From positions 4,869,361 through 4,933,360 of the forward strand of contig CM074805.1 of the NCBI GenBank assembly GCA_037447605.1: a stretch of DNA of 64,000 bases, given 5' to 3'. The stretch comes from Zygnema circumcarinatum SAG 698-1b (lineage: Eukaryota; Plantae; Zygnematophyceae). The position numbers were made by a program, and so were the translations under genes. The notes under the pieces are model-generated. The model was not told the origin of the DNA and searched no databases. It worked only from the letters and a program-made list of their open reading frames with translations. Below are positions 50,247 to 63,192 of this stretch, in pieces. How positions within the stretch are numbered: position 1 is the first letter of the stretch; every line of letters starts with the position of its first letter.

Positions 50247-50937
50247 GCTCAACGAAGGGTTCTTAGAATTATGAAAGTGAAGCGTTTTGATTGAGAATCA
50301 ATGTTAACTGTTGAAGGTGGTCTCTTTCTCGGCTTAGGTTTTGATTATTTTCTTGGAATAGTCTTTTTTTTAAGGTTGAAATTTTCCCCCCTGGCAAATG
50401 CAAAGTACGAAGGCACGAGTTACAAGGCTTTGGAGATAATAGTAGAAAGGAGGCGGTTGTGAGAAGAAACCCCCTTCATACTTTTCCTCTTGAGGCGATT
50501 TTTGGCCCCTCTTGCAATTCCCGGCGCAGCGTTTTCCAACCCCTGTCTAAATCTTGGCCAAATCTCAAAACCACGCCCAATGAATTCCTCAATGCTGCAG
50601 GCATACCGTCCTAAAATGATGATGAAATTCCATCTTGATGCCCCTTTCCCACTACCTTAAATATGTAAAGATGGAAATTGAGAATAGTTCACTGCAGGCT
50701 GCACGACACTGCTCAAGAGCGATCACATAGAAATCTGGAAAGGCTGATCTTCTGTTCAGTACAGTTAGGCACAGCTTCTCGGAACGCACTTCCTGATCTG
50801 ACATTCCACTGTTGTCCTGGTACATCGAAAGTAGAAACGTTATGTAAATCAATTCAGGACATTGAACTATTTCTTTTCATTACTTTCTTGTTGAAAAATC
50901 TCTGAGGACATCCTTACATCTATGTAATTATATATAA

Positions 50938-53900
50938 TCATATATACTCAGCAGCAACAAGCTTCCGTGACAGATGCTCAGTAAGAAAGTCGTAACCATT
51001 TGCATATAGAGCCTCGATTTCCGCTCGTCGTCCCAACTCATGCATCTGAATAAGTTCGGATTGATACGCTGGAAGTTTCTGTTTGTAACCAACCAGCAAA
51101 GGCAACCAGATCCTTATTCCCAGCTCCTTCTGAACCATGACCATTGGTCAGGGACAAAGTGCTTCAGCTCATCCTGATTGCTATGACGCTATGCTGAAAT
51201 TTAGAAATAGTGCCCTGAACAGGCACTAAGTAGAGCCGAAAACACCAAAGACGTTGAGCAAGCACGGCCAATGTAGGGCACGAATGCACAAAAACAACAG
51301 GAAACTGCCAAAGAAAGGGTCAAGGCACTCACTGCCAGTGTTTTGGATTCCACCATATTATGCAACATGACGAGGTCTCTTGGAGAAAGTTCCTGGAAGC
51401 CTTCTTCAGGGATGTATCCCAAATCTGCCGACCTTAATCCAAGCCATTTAACATCGCAGGCTGCATAGCACATTGATAATCCGAAGTGCATGATTCAGTA
51501 TTACTTTTCCGCACAGTATGAAAAGCCAATGTCACTATAGACATTGAAGGTAAATGTCAAGTTCAACACAGCCGTCAAGACCTTGGACAGTAACATAGTA
51601 TTAAGGAGCTTGAACACACTTGCTTTCTGACACAGTGATATATCATGGCACATACCTTGACAAACTGTAAATAACGATGGCGATAACAAACACACAAGGT
51701 TCCTAGGAAGGTCTCTCAAACACTTGCACACGAAACACTAGGATAGACAAATTTGGAGTAAGCTTGGCTCACACACCATACTTTGGAGACTCTAATCCCA
51801 TCCGTACACTTCCAAATTTGTAAGTGCAGATTATTCCGAGTCCTGATGGATTCCTGCGCAAGACCTCGAAGCCATTGTCATGGAGCTTATTTCACCGTTT
51901 GTTTGGTTCTTCGAGTCCCGTTTCTTTCTTTCTGTTAGGAGTGAAGCCTTTCTACACAATACATACCAATCAACAAGGCCAACAATGGGAACCTCAGGAA
52001 TAGATAAGTGAAGACGGTGAAGGAAGGCTCTGCACACAATCAATAATCCGAGTCAGTAAATCGAGGATGTAAAACATCTACCAAATCTGCTTAACAAGAC
52101 GGTAAGTGTTAAACTATCAATCACTCTCAGCGGGCACTTATGCCAGATCGCATTGTGTAAACGAGATATGTAGGATCGTAGGCAACAGATCTTCATGACT
52201 CCAACAAGCCATCCGTCTCTTGAATAGTTGTACAGTCAGCGGACGAGAAGACCTCGGTACTGGAAAGTTCTAGATATGCGTGGACAAATTTTCACGCTCT
52301 TTTCTACAGACTTTTCGTGTACTCGTCAAGGATGTTGGAAATGTATGACCTTGTGGCGAGATCAGGAAAGCCTTTTGCAGTGATCAAAATGCTTGGAACG
52401 ACTTCGAAAAATCGATCTTCAGCGAGCCTCTGAAATATGGCGTCCTGAAGGAAACGAAACACATAGTAAAATGAGAAGCTGCATGTTCCAACGAGCAAGT
52501 CTAACATTGCTTTCATTATGCGTACTTCTTTTTGAAACATGAAGTTAGACGCATCTATTTGTACCTTCTCAACAACTACAATATACTGTGCGTCTGAATA
52601 GAATTCCATGTTTTCGAAAAGGTTGAGGTTCCCAGAAATAGCGAGACCTCCCAAGCCTAGTCTTGTGCAGTCAATCCAATGACCAGAATCTCCGTCCTGC
52701 AAACGAAAAAAAATAAAAAAAATAAGCAATCTTCTTACTCGTTTCAATCTTTCTCACTCTCTCCCCTCTCTCCCCATCACCCTTCCCTCCCTCTTTCGCT
52801 CCACTCGTTTTTTTCCTTCTCTTTGCCTCTCCTGTCCCGGTCCTTGTCCTCCTCTCGCTTCCTCACTCGCTTTCTCTTGCTCTTTGTATCCCTGCTCCTC
52901 TTCTCTCCCTTCTTCTCCTTTCCTCTCGCTACCGCTCCTTCTCCCACTCCCCACCCCTTTCTCGTTTCCCACGGCACCTTGATTTGTAACCTGCCAATGA
53001 CTGCTCCACGGCTTGATGCATATATGCCAAGGCTGGTTCGAGCGCAGCATAACAGGGCTACCACATCTGCAGACAAAAGAAAGTTTGAATTCGTACAGGC
53101 TAGGAACAACTTATAGCTCAGCTTATCCTAACGCAAACTGTTTACTACGCATTGTTTTTGGGCAATAGCATAGCAGATCACAGTATTCTCACTACCTACA
53201 AGGACGTCAAAGTGCTGATTTGACGAAGATTTCCCAACTCTACAAGCTGAAGTTGATGTTTCTCACCCTGCACTGCTCTATTGACGTGGTCCTGCTTCTG
53301 AAAAAGGTGAGGTGAATCTGACAGTAGGTGATAGAAAACTTCTCTTTGTGTTGCTTGCTTTCTGCTGGTCAGGAGACGGTAAGCTAGTTGCAGAACCTTC
53401 CACACTGAAAACAAATGCAATCCGTTTCAGACAATCGATTCAACTTACACAAACACTAAAGGCTCGAAGTCGGTATTGGAGCCAAGTGCAACCTTTACCT
53501 TCCAAGACTTCACAAGTACGTCGAGTCACGCATCAAAATGCACTAGATAATACAAAAAGATATCTTAGGACGTGTACCTTAAAGTATAAGTGAGTAGCAG
53601 TACTGTGACGAAGTGTAACAAGATAACATGAACAATTCAAACGGATGCCAACCTCTGACGAAGCATGTTACTCTTTTCCCCTGTCGCCCAGCCAAGTGTC
53701 GATCACTCAGGTTCGACTGAATTTGGATTTTTGAATGATCGGCGGCTTCACCTTCGCAAATCTGAATGTATCTGGCATTGCGTCCAACCTACAATACAGG
53801 AAACTCTGGTAAGTAGGCTTTTCCTCCAAGTGATGGATCTTCTTAATTCACTCGCTCCAGATCATCTCGGCACAGGAAGCAAATTTTTCAACAGACGAAG

Positions 53901-54361
53901 ACCTGACTGGATTTACTGAAAAAGAAATGCAGAACATAGAATATGCCGCGTCAGTCGGTCTTGCAAATGGACTCGTAAAAAGTTTGAACTTGTCAAGAAT
54001 GAACGACTTGAACGAAAAAATCATCATGAAGGGACGATGAACCTCATTGCTTATGCATTCACACCTTCTCGTCTGTTCAATTTAACTGATCACTTGAATT
54101 CGTATTCGTCCCTTAGAGCCAGATAGAAGCCACCACCAGAGAACTTACAATGCAAAGAGGACTGATGGAAGGCTCTGCTGAAACCAAATTTTGAAGAAAA
54201 TCACTGACTAATGCTTCGATCCTTGAGCACACCTGATCAGTCCGATGCAATTTGTCTTTGTTAGTCGATACTACCACATCAAAATACCGCGCCAGCTTTA
54301 TCAAATAGCATGCCTCAAAGCACATAAAATAATACAACTTTGGTAAAGCATAGTTATCCAT
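50938..54361 (-). CDS. SPO11-2: Meiotic recombination protein SPO11-2 (TopoVI A family), multi-exon; 5' exons uncertain and may extend to ~54700
   Basis: Exons translate to RIEALV.DFL..L...PSIS, VWKV...TQREVFY.LL.DSP..F..Q..VNR.VQ (catalytic Tyr codon at 53331-53333), DVVALL.C.R.SLGI.ASSRG, YIVVVEK|DAIFQRLAED, ITAKGFPDLATR, GLVDW, VKWLGLR and RAEIEALY..GY...YI* (stop at 50938). This matches the Arabidopsis SPO11-2 pattern rather than SPO11-1 or SPO11-3. Confidence 0.93.
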
Positions 54362-54780
54362 AACCTGCTCAAATAATCAGCAACAAAGCCTGTAACCTAT
54401 GACATCACCTCGTCTGGTGGAGCTGAATCTGCAAGACAAAAATCCTCATAGACCTCTGCGATCCTTGCATCTTGAGAGCCTTGCATGATGACATGCAAAA
54501 ACAAAAAATAGAAATCAAGACAGCTGCAGTCAGCAGTCAGCAGTCAGCACCATGAACATTCACATATTTTTCTGCCTCTTTTTTGTGCTCCAGATTGCCT
54601 GAGCCCGCCTTGCATGCACTTCCTTGCAAGTCCTCGCCTTCAAAAAAGTTTGGAAGGGAAGGTTTCAGGCCGTCAGGCCAGGCCTGAACAACACTTTCAA
54701 CGTTCCGTGTTGCAGGAACATCTGACAAACCCGTTTTCTTAAACAAAGTGCATGTGACGTGAATTTGACCGCTTACACTA

Positions 54781-54913
54781 GGGCGTGTCAGACTTAACGA
54801 AATCTTACGAACAAAAAAGTTTTGTAAGTACTCCGCCGCCCCAGGATTGCTATGTCACCGAAGTACTCGTTCTGGTCTCAAACTTACGAACAATTTTTAA
54901 GTCTGACACCCCC
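54781..54913. mobile_element. 133-bp MITE related to the 19256-19333 element
   Basis: GGGCGTGTCAGACTTAA...TTAAGTCTGACACCCCC with TA flanks (or an ACT 3-bp duplication if the terminal A/T belong to the element). Confidence 0.7.
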
Positions 54914-56033
54914 TACTGTAATAAACATTTAACACAAGCATGCGGTAAAACCGCAGTCTTTAACCAATGTTTTGACACCACGTGGCATTTAACCAATCAG
55001 GGATAAGCGTGGCGACGTGCCATTGGCTGAAAAATGAGATTTGGTCTACGCCCTATTTTTTTCGGCTGTAGGAAGTCAGAGGATGACGTAAGATACACGT
55101 CACCAAATTGACAAGATCCACGGAACGGGCCTTTGTCGTCAGTTCCAATTCCGTGAAATGAAAACGTGTTTTTACGGTGCGTCTAACTAGAGTACATAGA
55201 ACGCTGGAAGCGAGCAGCCATGGTTGCAGGCGAGGCAGGGTAGGTCCTTTACGATGTCCGCCATGGCAGCGAAAGCTCAAGTTGCAAAGTTCTCAAGATG
55301 GTGTCGCTGTGTCGGAAGAATCCGCGACTCTGCCGTTACCTTTTCACATGCGATCTACTAGAAGAATTCTGAAAGGTCTATTTGAAGGAGTTTCCGATGT
55401 AACGCTGCAATTTCTGCATGCAGGACTGACGTCGCAGCTGAAACTTCTGTTTTCCGAGTTGAAGAAAAGGCGAAGTCATAAGAAATAGTTGAGGCCGGTG
55501 CTTGATCCGGCAGCACCTGCCCTTGTCAGGACTCCTGGCAGCTTGGAAAACCCCAATGCTGTAAGAGCTGCAGTGTAGCCAGTAGTGATGCTGGAGACCT
55601 TATGATACGGACCAGAAGCAACACTTCCTTTTGTATTGAACGTGTCATCAGAAAAGTCATCGCCTTCCCTGTGACCTTTCTACCTTTTTCTATGATTCAA
55701 TCCTAATCGTTTCACTATTCTTAGTTGACAAATGGCTGAACGCAGACTTACTGAGTGAATAATTGGCGACTTTGCTAGAACAAAAGCTTGGCAGAAAAAA
55801 ATGCAAATTTTGTTGAACTGCTACCTGAAAACAGATAATGTCCAAAAACATTGCTAATCTTTCTCCACCTATTTCCAGCACTCCAATGCAAGAGACTCCC
55901 TATCCTTCTAAGGGGGAGATCCAACAGATGCTGTCACCTAAGTCAACCTATCTGCCTAGCTGGCCTCAAACCTTAATACAAAAAGATGAAACAACATTTT
56001 TTTTAAGGAACAGCATTTCACTGGCTCCACGTG

Positions 56034-58947
56034 CTACATTCCAGTTCCAGTTCCAGTTCCGTTCTCCTCCGCGAGGGGCGCTGTTGTGGGCGTGCACTCA
56101 CAGCCCGGACAGTTGTGAAGACTCTCGTGGATGTATGCGTCGCAGTCAAAGCAAAAATGTTGGCCGCACCGACCACACTTGAGGCGCATTCCGCACGGCA
56201 CATCCCCTGCACCATGAAGGGATTTAAGTCATGCATGCATCCCCCATACATGCATAGGTCGACATATCGAAACATATCACAACAGAATGACTACCTTCTC
56301 TAGTTCTGCAAGTTCAGCAGAGATAATGGTCAAGAGGAGTGAAGGAATGGGGGTGTACCTGGCAATGGGAGAGGGGATTGGCATCCGAAGCAGGCAGAGG
56401 GTAAAGTGGGGGGGGTGGAACGGCCTCCCGTTGGAGGTGTGAGAACCACTTCTTCAAAGGGGGGTATGGGAAAGAGGTGGTGGTAGGAACGGGCCAAATG
56501 GGGAGAGGAGACTAGAGTGAGGCCGCACAGCTGGCACTCAGTCGGAAGCTCACATACGCGCGCTCTGTGTGTGCGTGTGAGAGAGAGCGAGGGAGAGAGG
56601 GAGAGGGGGGGGAGTGTAAGTTATAGGAAAGGAAGAGAGGCACAAAAAAGGGGCGAGAGTGAGAGAGGGTGGGGTACAGAATTCGCACCTGCATCTTGGG
56701 CACATGTACACTGCCCCAAGTCGCAGGGCCAGGTGGCAGACGCATATCGCTGCCGTGCCTTCCGCGCCTCTTTGCGGAAATCCCATTCTCACTAAACTGG
56801 CAGCCGCATTTTCTGCTAACGTAGGAGGCGGCGGTGCCTGCTCGAATAGAAGTTCCTTTAAATGTCCCTACGACAAGCATAAAGGGAGGGAGAAGAGAGG
56901 GGGGATGGTTTGAGAGAGGGAGCGAAAGACAAAGAGAGGGACAGGAAAGGGGGCGAGAGGGGCATATGCAGCAGGAGAGGGAGGAGGGAGAGGAAGGAGG
57001 GAGAGGGAGAAGACGAGGAAGTGGGGAAGGGAGAGCAAGACGGGGGAAAGAACAGGTGGGAGTGGCAGAGAGTGGGAGAGGCATATGGAAGGGGGACGGG
57101 GCGAGTGAGAGTAGAAGGAGGAGAAGGGAAAACCCTTACCTCGTCCATTGCAACGCCGTAGGTGCCTCCCGTTTGTTCGCACAGTTGACGGCAGATGTAA
57201 ATTTCCGCAGCCAATCCAACAACGGAGCAGCGAATTCGAGCCTCTTTGCAGCGTTCAATAGCTTCAAACACGTCCCCGGGGTCGCATGTGCTGAGGGCCG
57301 AATACACCATCAAGACTTCACGATTCCCGTACGTCGGAATTTGTTCTAAGTATTCTCGAGCCACATCTAAGCCATTCTATTCACCATCATGAAGAAAGAG
57401 AACAGCCACCAAGCAAATGTGAGAGAGCGGGGGGGTTGGGGGAGAGAGGGAGCGAGGGTGAGATAGGGAGTTGGCGCAAAGAAAGAGAGAAAAAGAGAGA
57501 GAGAGGGACAGCCTTAATCAAATGGCATGTTAGCCATCATTGATGATCCAATATACGAAGTTATGTACGATAACGGAACGGACATTGGGTTTGAGGTGTG
57601 AACGCCTCAGAAAAGACGAGAAAGTTGGTTTGTACCTGCAAGCAGTACCTGGATGGAAGGGTCTCCGGAACACGACAAATCCTTGCGGAGTTCCTTTATG
57701 TGTGCTTCCGGGCTGCCGCTGAGGTCCATCAGACGAATGGCGACGCCATCACGCAAAACTATTATGCCTAAATTGCTGAGAGGATTTTGATCAAAAAATT
57801 CGCGGATAAAGGTTTCAACGGAGCTTGCAACAATTGCCATTCGGCTTGGCTTGAAGTCCATTTCTGCCGCCGCCTGCCCTGCAGGCCAAGCCTTTGGTCA
57901 GAGCCCCTGGATGCAATTAAAGTCTCCTCGAAGATACTTCTCAAACTCTAATATAAATAGGACTTACAAAACGTGAAAAGACCGGAAAACAAATCAGGGA
58001 ACGGTACTCACTCGAGAAAGGTCGACAACTAAAAAAAGGTATCGAATCATTCCACGGCGAATCCGAGCCGCCGGAGCCTCTAAGAATTTTCGCCTTTTTT
58101 CGCGCTGCTGGCCCGAAACATCGAGGGGGCGTAGGAGTCCCCGTTCGTCCTCCTGCTCCGAGAAATGGCGAAAGCAAGAATAAGAGCATTGCAACGCTAC
58201 ATTGCTTCTCGCACCCTTACTTCTTTTTATTTCATTTTTTGGAAATTTAAAGTCTGGTGACTGTTTGGTGGCCATAGTCTTGATATGGATTTCGAGGAAC
58301 TTAAACAGTTTCAAAAAAACACAAAAGAGCCAAAAACAAACAATAAAGGGGATGACAAAAAAAATGAAAGTAGTTCGTTATTAGCTCTGCTCATCTTCCC
58401 CCAAATTCAGAACCTCGAAAATATTCGAAACTAGGAAAACCCGATAACCCCCAAAGCTGGAGGACTTTTTAAAGGCCTCGTTAACCATGATTCCTTGATC
58501 CCTTGCACTTTCAAATCCTAACACCCATTACCCAGTTCTCTCTCTCCTTTCCCCCTCCCTTTCTGCCTCCACTCAACTCTCTCCCGCTCTCTCATCCTCC
58601 CCCGAATTCTCCCTACTCCCCCCTCTCTCCCCTCCGTCGGTCTATCTCCAATCTCCACCTTCGCTCTTGCCCTTTCTCTGCCTCCTCGGTTCCATCTCTC
58701 CTCGCATCTCCATTCTCTCTCTCTCTTTCCTCCCTTCTCGCACCTCTCCCTCCCTTCCCCTATCTCTCTTCCCCTTCTCTCTCCCACCCCTTCTCCCACC
58801 CATCCCCCCTACCTGCAGCGCCTCCCACGAGCGGTCATCCAGGTATGCCCTCTCCCACGCCTGGAGGTCCCGCGCCACTTCCTCCGCTTCCAGTTCTGCG
58901 TCGTCCTCCGGGTCGCCATAAGGCGAGGGCCCCACGCGCCTGCTCAT
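56034..58947 (-). CDS. GTF2H2: General transcription factor IIH subunit 2 (p44/Ssl1), multi-exon
   Basis: [14 protein letters not shown]|[109 protein letters not shown]-terminal [21 protein letters not shown] at 58947, stop at 56034. Confidence 0.95.
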
Positions 58948-59471
58948 GCCGTCACGTGGCACTCTCCGCCCGGAAGTGTTCAGCACAGGTTCCCCAACTC
59001 GAGGCTTTTGGGGGGCAGGGGATGGCGCTCTGGAAGGGAGAAGAGAGAGACGAGGGAGAGGACTCGGGGAGGGGGGAGAAGGCGGATGGCGTTGGAGGCG
59101 TATCGTTTCGATGAGGATGGAGAGAAATATGGGCGATATGGCGTAATACGATATGGATCGATATGTCGATATTCAGGTCATAACGTTGTGTATCGGTGGT
59201 CACATCGGTGTCTGAGGGACGACATACTTGGAACCATTGTTTTTAGAAAATAAAATGTTTGTCATCGAAGTTTCTCATGCATTGCAGAATATCAGTATTC
59301 AGTTTTCAGTAAATAGGGCAGAACAAGGCCATCATGAGATGGGTTACAAATGAAGAGCTCATGCTTTTTTAGAGGAGTTCTAAAGCTGAAATTGTAGATA
59401 AAAATAGTCCTTTCCTTACAACACTTATTCTAAGTTTGGCGAGGAAAAAAAAGAAAGGAAAGGTATAAATA

Positions 59472-61598
59472 TCAAATTTTAGGGTCGAAGGTTAAGTCGA
59501 AGGGTACGGCTGTAACTAAAATTCTCAAGACGGTGCCGCTTGGATGCAATTCCTGCTTGGTCGGCAATTTCGCTATTTCCTCCAAGACTCTGCGACTGTC
59601 TTCATCCAAGACCTGCAAAATCAGTTTACTTCTTTAAACCCAGTCAAAACTTGGCCGTTAAACATTCAAAAAAGTACCAAATAGAAGCTTTGTCATGCAG
59701 AAAGTTCACTTCCCTTAAGCAAGAGCGAACCGTAGCAGCAAAAGGAACACAAGGAGGTCTGAACCGCTTAAAATTGGCGATCTTTACAGTTTCGAAGGGA
59801 GGGAAAAAACAACAGATCTGCCCCCCCCACAAAGAAGGGGGGGCTCACCTCTCCCCAAATGGAGAAGGCTCCGTCCCACTCCGGGTGATCTCCCAACGAA
59901 AAAAAGAATTCGCTTGTACCCTAAAAAAATCAACAAGCTTTAAGAGCATCAACGTTGTTCCATGTTCCATGGTCAGTCACCCACAACTGAAAACCACTCT
60001 CCCTTGCAACATGGCACAGAGAGCAAAGCCAATACGAACATGACACGTCGCACACGAAAGCCACGTGATAAGGAAGCTAATCGAAGCGTGCCAGGTGGCG
60101 CACCGTGATTAGAGCAACAGTCCATTTCCGTACAGGAAGGCCTCGCTCAACCGGAAGATCGTGGGACTGTTGTCGACCACAGCTATAGGCTCCACCTTGA
60201 ACCAAAGCGTAACTGCATTTGTACCCCAATGTTACCGGACCCATCAATTCGCTCACAATCTTCCCTTCTGTGATTTACACGATATCACAGTGCAACTGCA
60301 ATATGAGAGTGAGCTTATTAATTCGGAGTTTAAAAAATTGATGGCAAAGGAGGGCCATCTCACCCTTCTCTGTACTCTTTCTTCCCGTCATCGAGGGTGG
60401 GGCCCGACGGCTCCGCTCGATAAATGTCGCAACCCGTAAACATGTTTCTTTGCACTAATTCCTGAAAAGAAAAAGAAACAAAGATATGCGATTGGGTGCG
60501 GGTGCCATCCAGCAGGGGGAGCCGAGAAATGGATGTAACTTCAGTGGTTTGGCCCTCCCCTGACAACCTCTCGTTTCTCTTTCTCACTTCCCTTTTCACT
60601 TTCCCTTTCCTCGATATTTAATGTAGAAAACTGGTCAAACAGGCGGGAGCTGAGAGGGTGAGGGAGAGGGCGAGGAAGAGGAGAGTGGAGGCGGGGGGTA
60701 GAGTAGGGAGAGGAGTAGGGGGGGGGGGGGGGGGGAAAGGGAGAGACAGGCAAGGAAGGAGGAAAGGAAAAGAAGGAAAGGGGAGGGGGAGGGGGAGGGG
60801 AGGGGAGGGGGGAGGGGAGGGGAGGGGAGGGGAGGGGAGGGAGGGGAGGGGGAGGGGGAGGGGAGGGGAGGGGGAGGGGAGGGGAGGGGAGGGGAGGGAG
60901 GGAGGGGAGGGGAGGGGAGGGGGAGGGGAGGGGAGGGAGGGAGGGAGGGAGGGAGGGAGGGGAGGGGGAGGGGAGGGGAGGGGAGGGGAGGGGAGGGAGG
61001 GAGGGAGGGGAGGGAGGAGGGAGGGAGGGAGGGGGAAGGGGAGGGTTGGGAAAAAAGGGAGGGGAGTGTCTTGCCCTTCATAGAACTGCTTTCGTGTCTT
61101 TCATGTTGCTCTCTTTCATCCCCAATTTCATACCTTCATGTATTTCACGGCTTGGGGGGCACTTTCGGGACGCAAAGTAATTTCAACCAACTGCAGGGCC
61201 CAGCAATAAATAAATAACCAGATAAGCCAATAATCCAATAAATAGATAAATAAACAGATAAGAAATTAATGGGGTGTGGTTTGCAACTCACCCCCAGTCT
61301 GGTAGTCAAAGTGATTGTCTTCTGCTCTGGTCCTTCTTTCCTGCATCGAAGGCTACGGCGCCGCCAGGTCAGCCATTACGGGCAGCAAGGAAAAAAAAAG
61401 GAAACGGTATCAAATAAGTAACGTGGAGACCTTCTAAGAAAATTTTAAAATGATAATAATAATTAAACCTTTCAATGTCTGTTCGCTGTTGAACTCCCGA
61501 TAGCCAATCAGCATGTCCGAGCGTGACGTGACGCCTTCCACTCGGAGAGCCTCAGGGCTCAAGAGCAGGAGCAGCCCCAGGAGGGCGCACAGCTTCAT
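59472..61598 (-). CDS. Cyclophilin-like (PPIase fold) protein with a signal-peptide-like N-terminus; ~7 exons; first junction unresolved
   Basis: Exons translate to TITLTTRLG|LVEITLRPESAPQAVKYMK|ELVQRNMFTGCDIYRAEP...|YALVQGG...|GTSEFFFSLGDHPEWDGAFSIWGE|VLDEDSRRVLEEIAKLP...HPSGTVLRIL. The first ATG exon is MKLCALLGLLLLLSPEALRVEG, but its obvious donor is phase 1 whereas phase 2 is needed. Confidence 0.75.
60770..61050. repeat. (GGGGA/GGGA)n G-rich tract in an intron of the cyclophilin-like gene
   Basis: Seen directly in the sequence; it has G-quadruplex-forming potential. Confidence 0.85.
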
Positions 61599-61745
61599 CT
61601 CCAGAAATTTTAGGGTTTTGAATCGAATCTGAATTAAAAAATAAAAATAAATATAAATTAGAAGTATAGGAGAAGAGTAGCTCGTCTAATACAGAAGAAG
61701 AGCATAAATTTTTTAGGGTTGTGGAGTAGATGTGCAGCACCTTCT

Positions 61746-62246
61746 GCCACGTGTCGTCAATTCATGAACAGCCGTACAGGCAGGGATCGTTAAGAGCACG
61801 GTATGGACCAATCACGGCGTGCCACGTAAGTAGATGCGTGACAGGATCCGTTCCATGCGTCACTTTTTCTCCCAGTCCCGTAAGGGCGAACAGTAAGGTC
61901 ACGTGTCCAGGCTCTCTACCGGCACAACGAAAAAATTCAGTCCACCAATCAAAGTGCCCTGCACCGACAGAAGCGTACGAAAATGGATGGATTCGTACAC
62001 GGCTCCTAACGGTTCAACCGGGTTTAATGGGTTTTTAGGGTCCGGTCGTGCGAACCTGGAGATGCGGCAGGGAAGGGGCGAAGATGCGATTGGAGGTCGA
62101 AGGCAGTCGCCCGTGCGGTGCCACGTGTACGGAAAAATGGGCCGTCCGATCTGATCGCGGGTATCGGCCAATCGCTGCTCGGCGCGGGAGCGCGCGCGCG
62201 CGCACCGACAGTTTGAAAGTCGGCGTACGGCCACGCGACACGTGGC
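61746..62246. promoter_or_regulatory. Divergent promoter between the cyclophilin-like and ERD4/OSCA genes, with G-box/ABRE-like motifs and a nearby telo-box
   Basis: GCCACGTGTC (~61747), GCCACGTAA (~61821), GCCACGTGT (~62120) and ACACGTGGC (62238-62246). A telo-box (AAACCCTAA on -) lies at ~61610, just upstream of the minus-strand ATG. Confidence 0.45.
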
Positions 62247-62866
62247 GTCGAAATGTCGGTGGCAAGCGAGGAGGCGGCGGAGGGACGAGGGAGAGCGGGA
62301 GGGAGGGCGAGGAGGGAGAGGAGGGAGGAGAGCTGGAGGGAGAGGAGGGAGGAGAGCTGGAGGGAGAGGAGGGGGAGGAGGAGGAAGGGGGAATAGGGCA
62401 GGTGAAGGGAGGGGATTGAAGCAGGAAGGAGGTGAAGGGAAAGGGAGAGGAGAGGGTGCTGGTTAGTAAGGGAAGGTGAGGGAGGAAGGCCGAGACAAGG
62501 GAGAAGGGAAGAGAGAGAGCGACAGAAGAGAGAGCGAGGTAGAGGGAGAGAGAGATAGGAGGGAGATCAAGAAAACATGGAAGGAAGATGGAACACATGC
62601 TTCTGGGTCGAAGGAAGGTGTATATAAACCGGGGGATATAGACGGCGCGCCCGTGCTCCCAAACTCTCCTTTTCTCTTAACAACCTGATCCACATTCTCT
62701 GCGTTTACAGCTCAGAAAAATATTACACTTTTCTAAGTAAAGAAGTCATTCTGTCGTCTCTCTCTCGCTGAAACCCCATCACTGCCTGTCTCCGTTGACC
62801 TCGTACACCCCTTTGATTGCCGAACGAAATTCAATTTGTTGACCTCGACCTCCTGCGCAGCCCGCC

Positions 62867-63147
62867 ATGATCACTTTGGCCTCCCTCTTCCTCTCTCTGG
62901 GCACCTCCTTCCTCCTCTTCCTCGGGTTCGTGGCCCTCTTCTTCGTGCTCGCTTCGCAGCCACGCAATGACGTCATCTACTTTCCCGCCCTCCTCGAGAA
63001 AGGCATCCAAGTGCGGCCCCTCACATTGCACCGCATGGTCATGGAGACCTACAATTCGTCGGAAGATGATGTTGTCAAGATGTCCGGGATTGACGCAGCC
63101 ATTTACTTGCGCCACCTCACGAATGGTGCGTCTTTGAAACTCTCGCA

Positions 63148-63192
<45 letters not shown>

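Noticed and set aside
60055-60270. Structured-looking segment initially considered as an ncRNA
   Set aside because: It is explained as a minus-strand exon of the cyclophilin-like gene (YALVQGG...).
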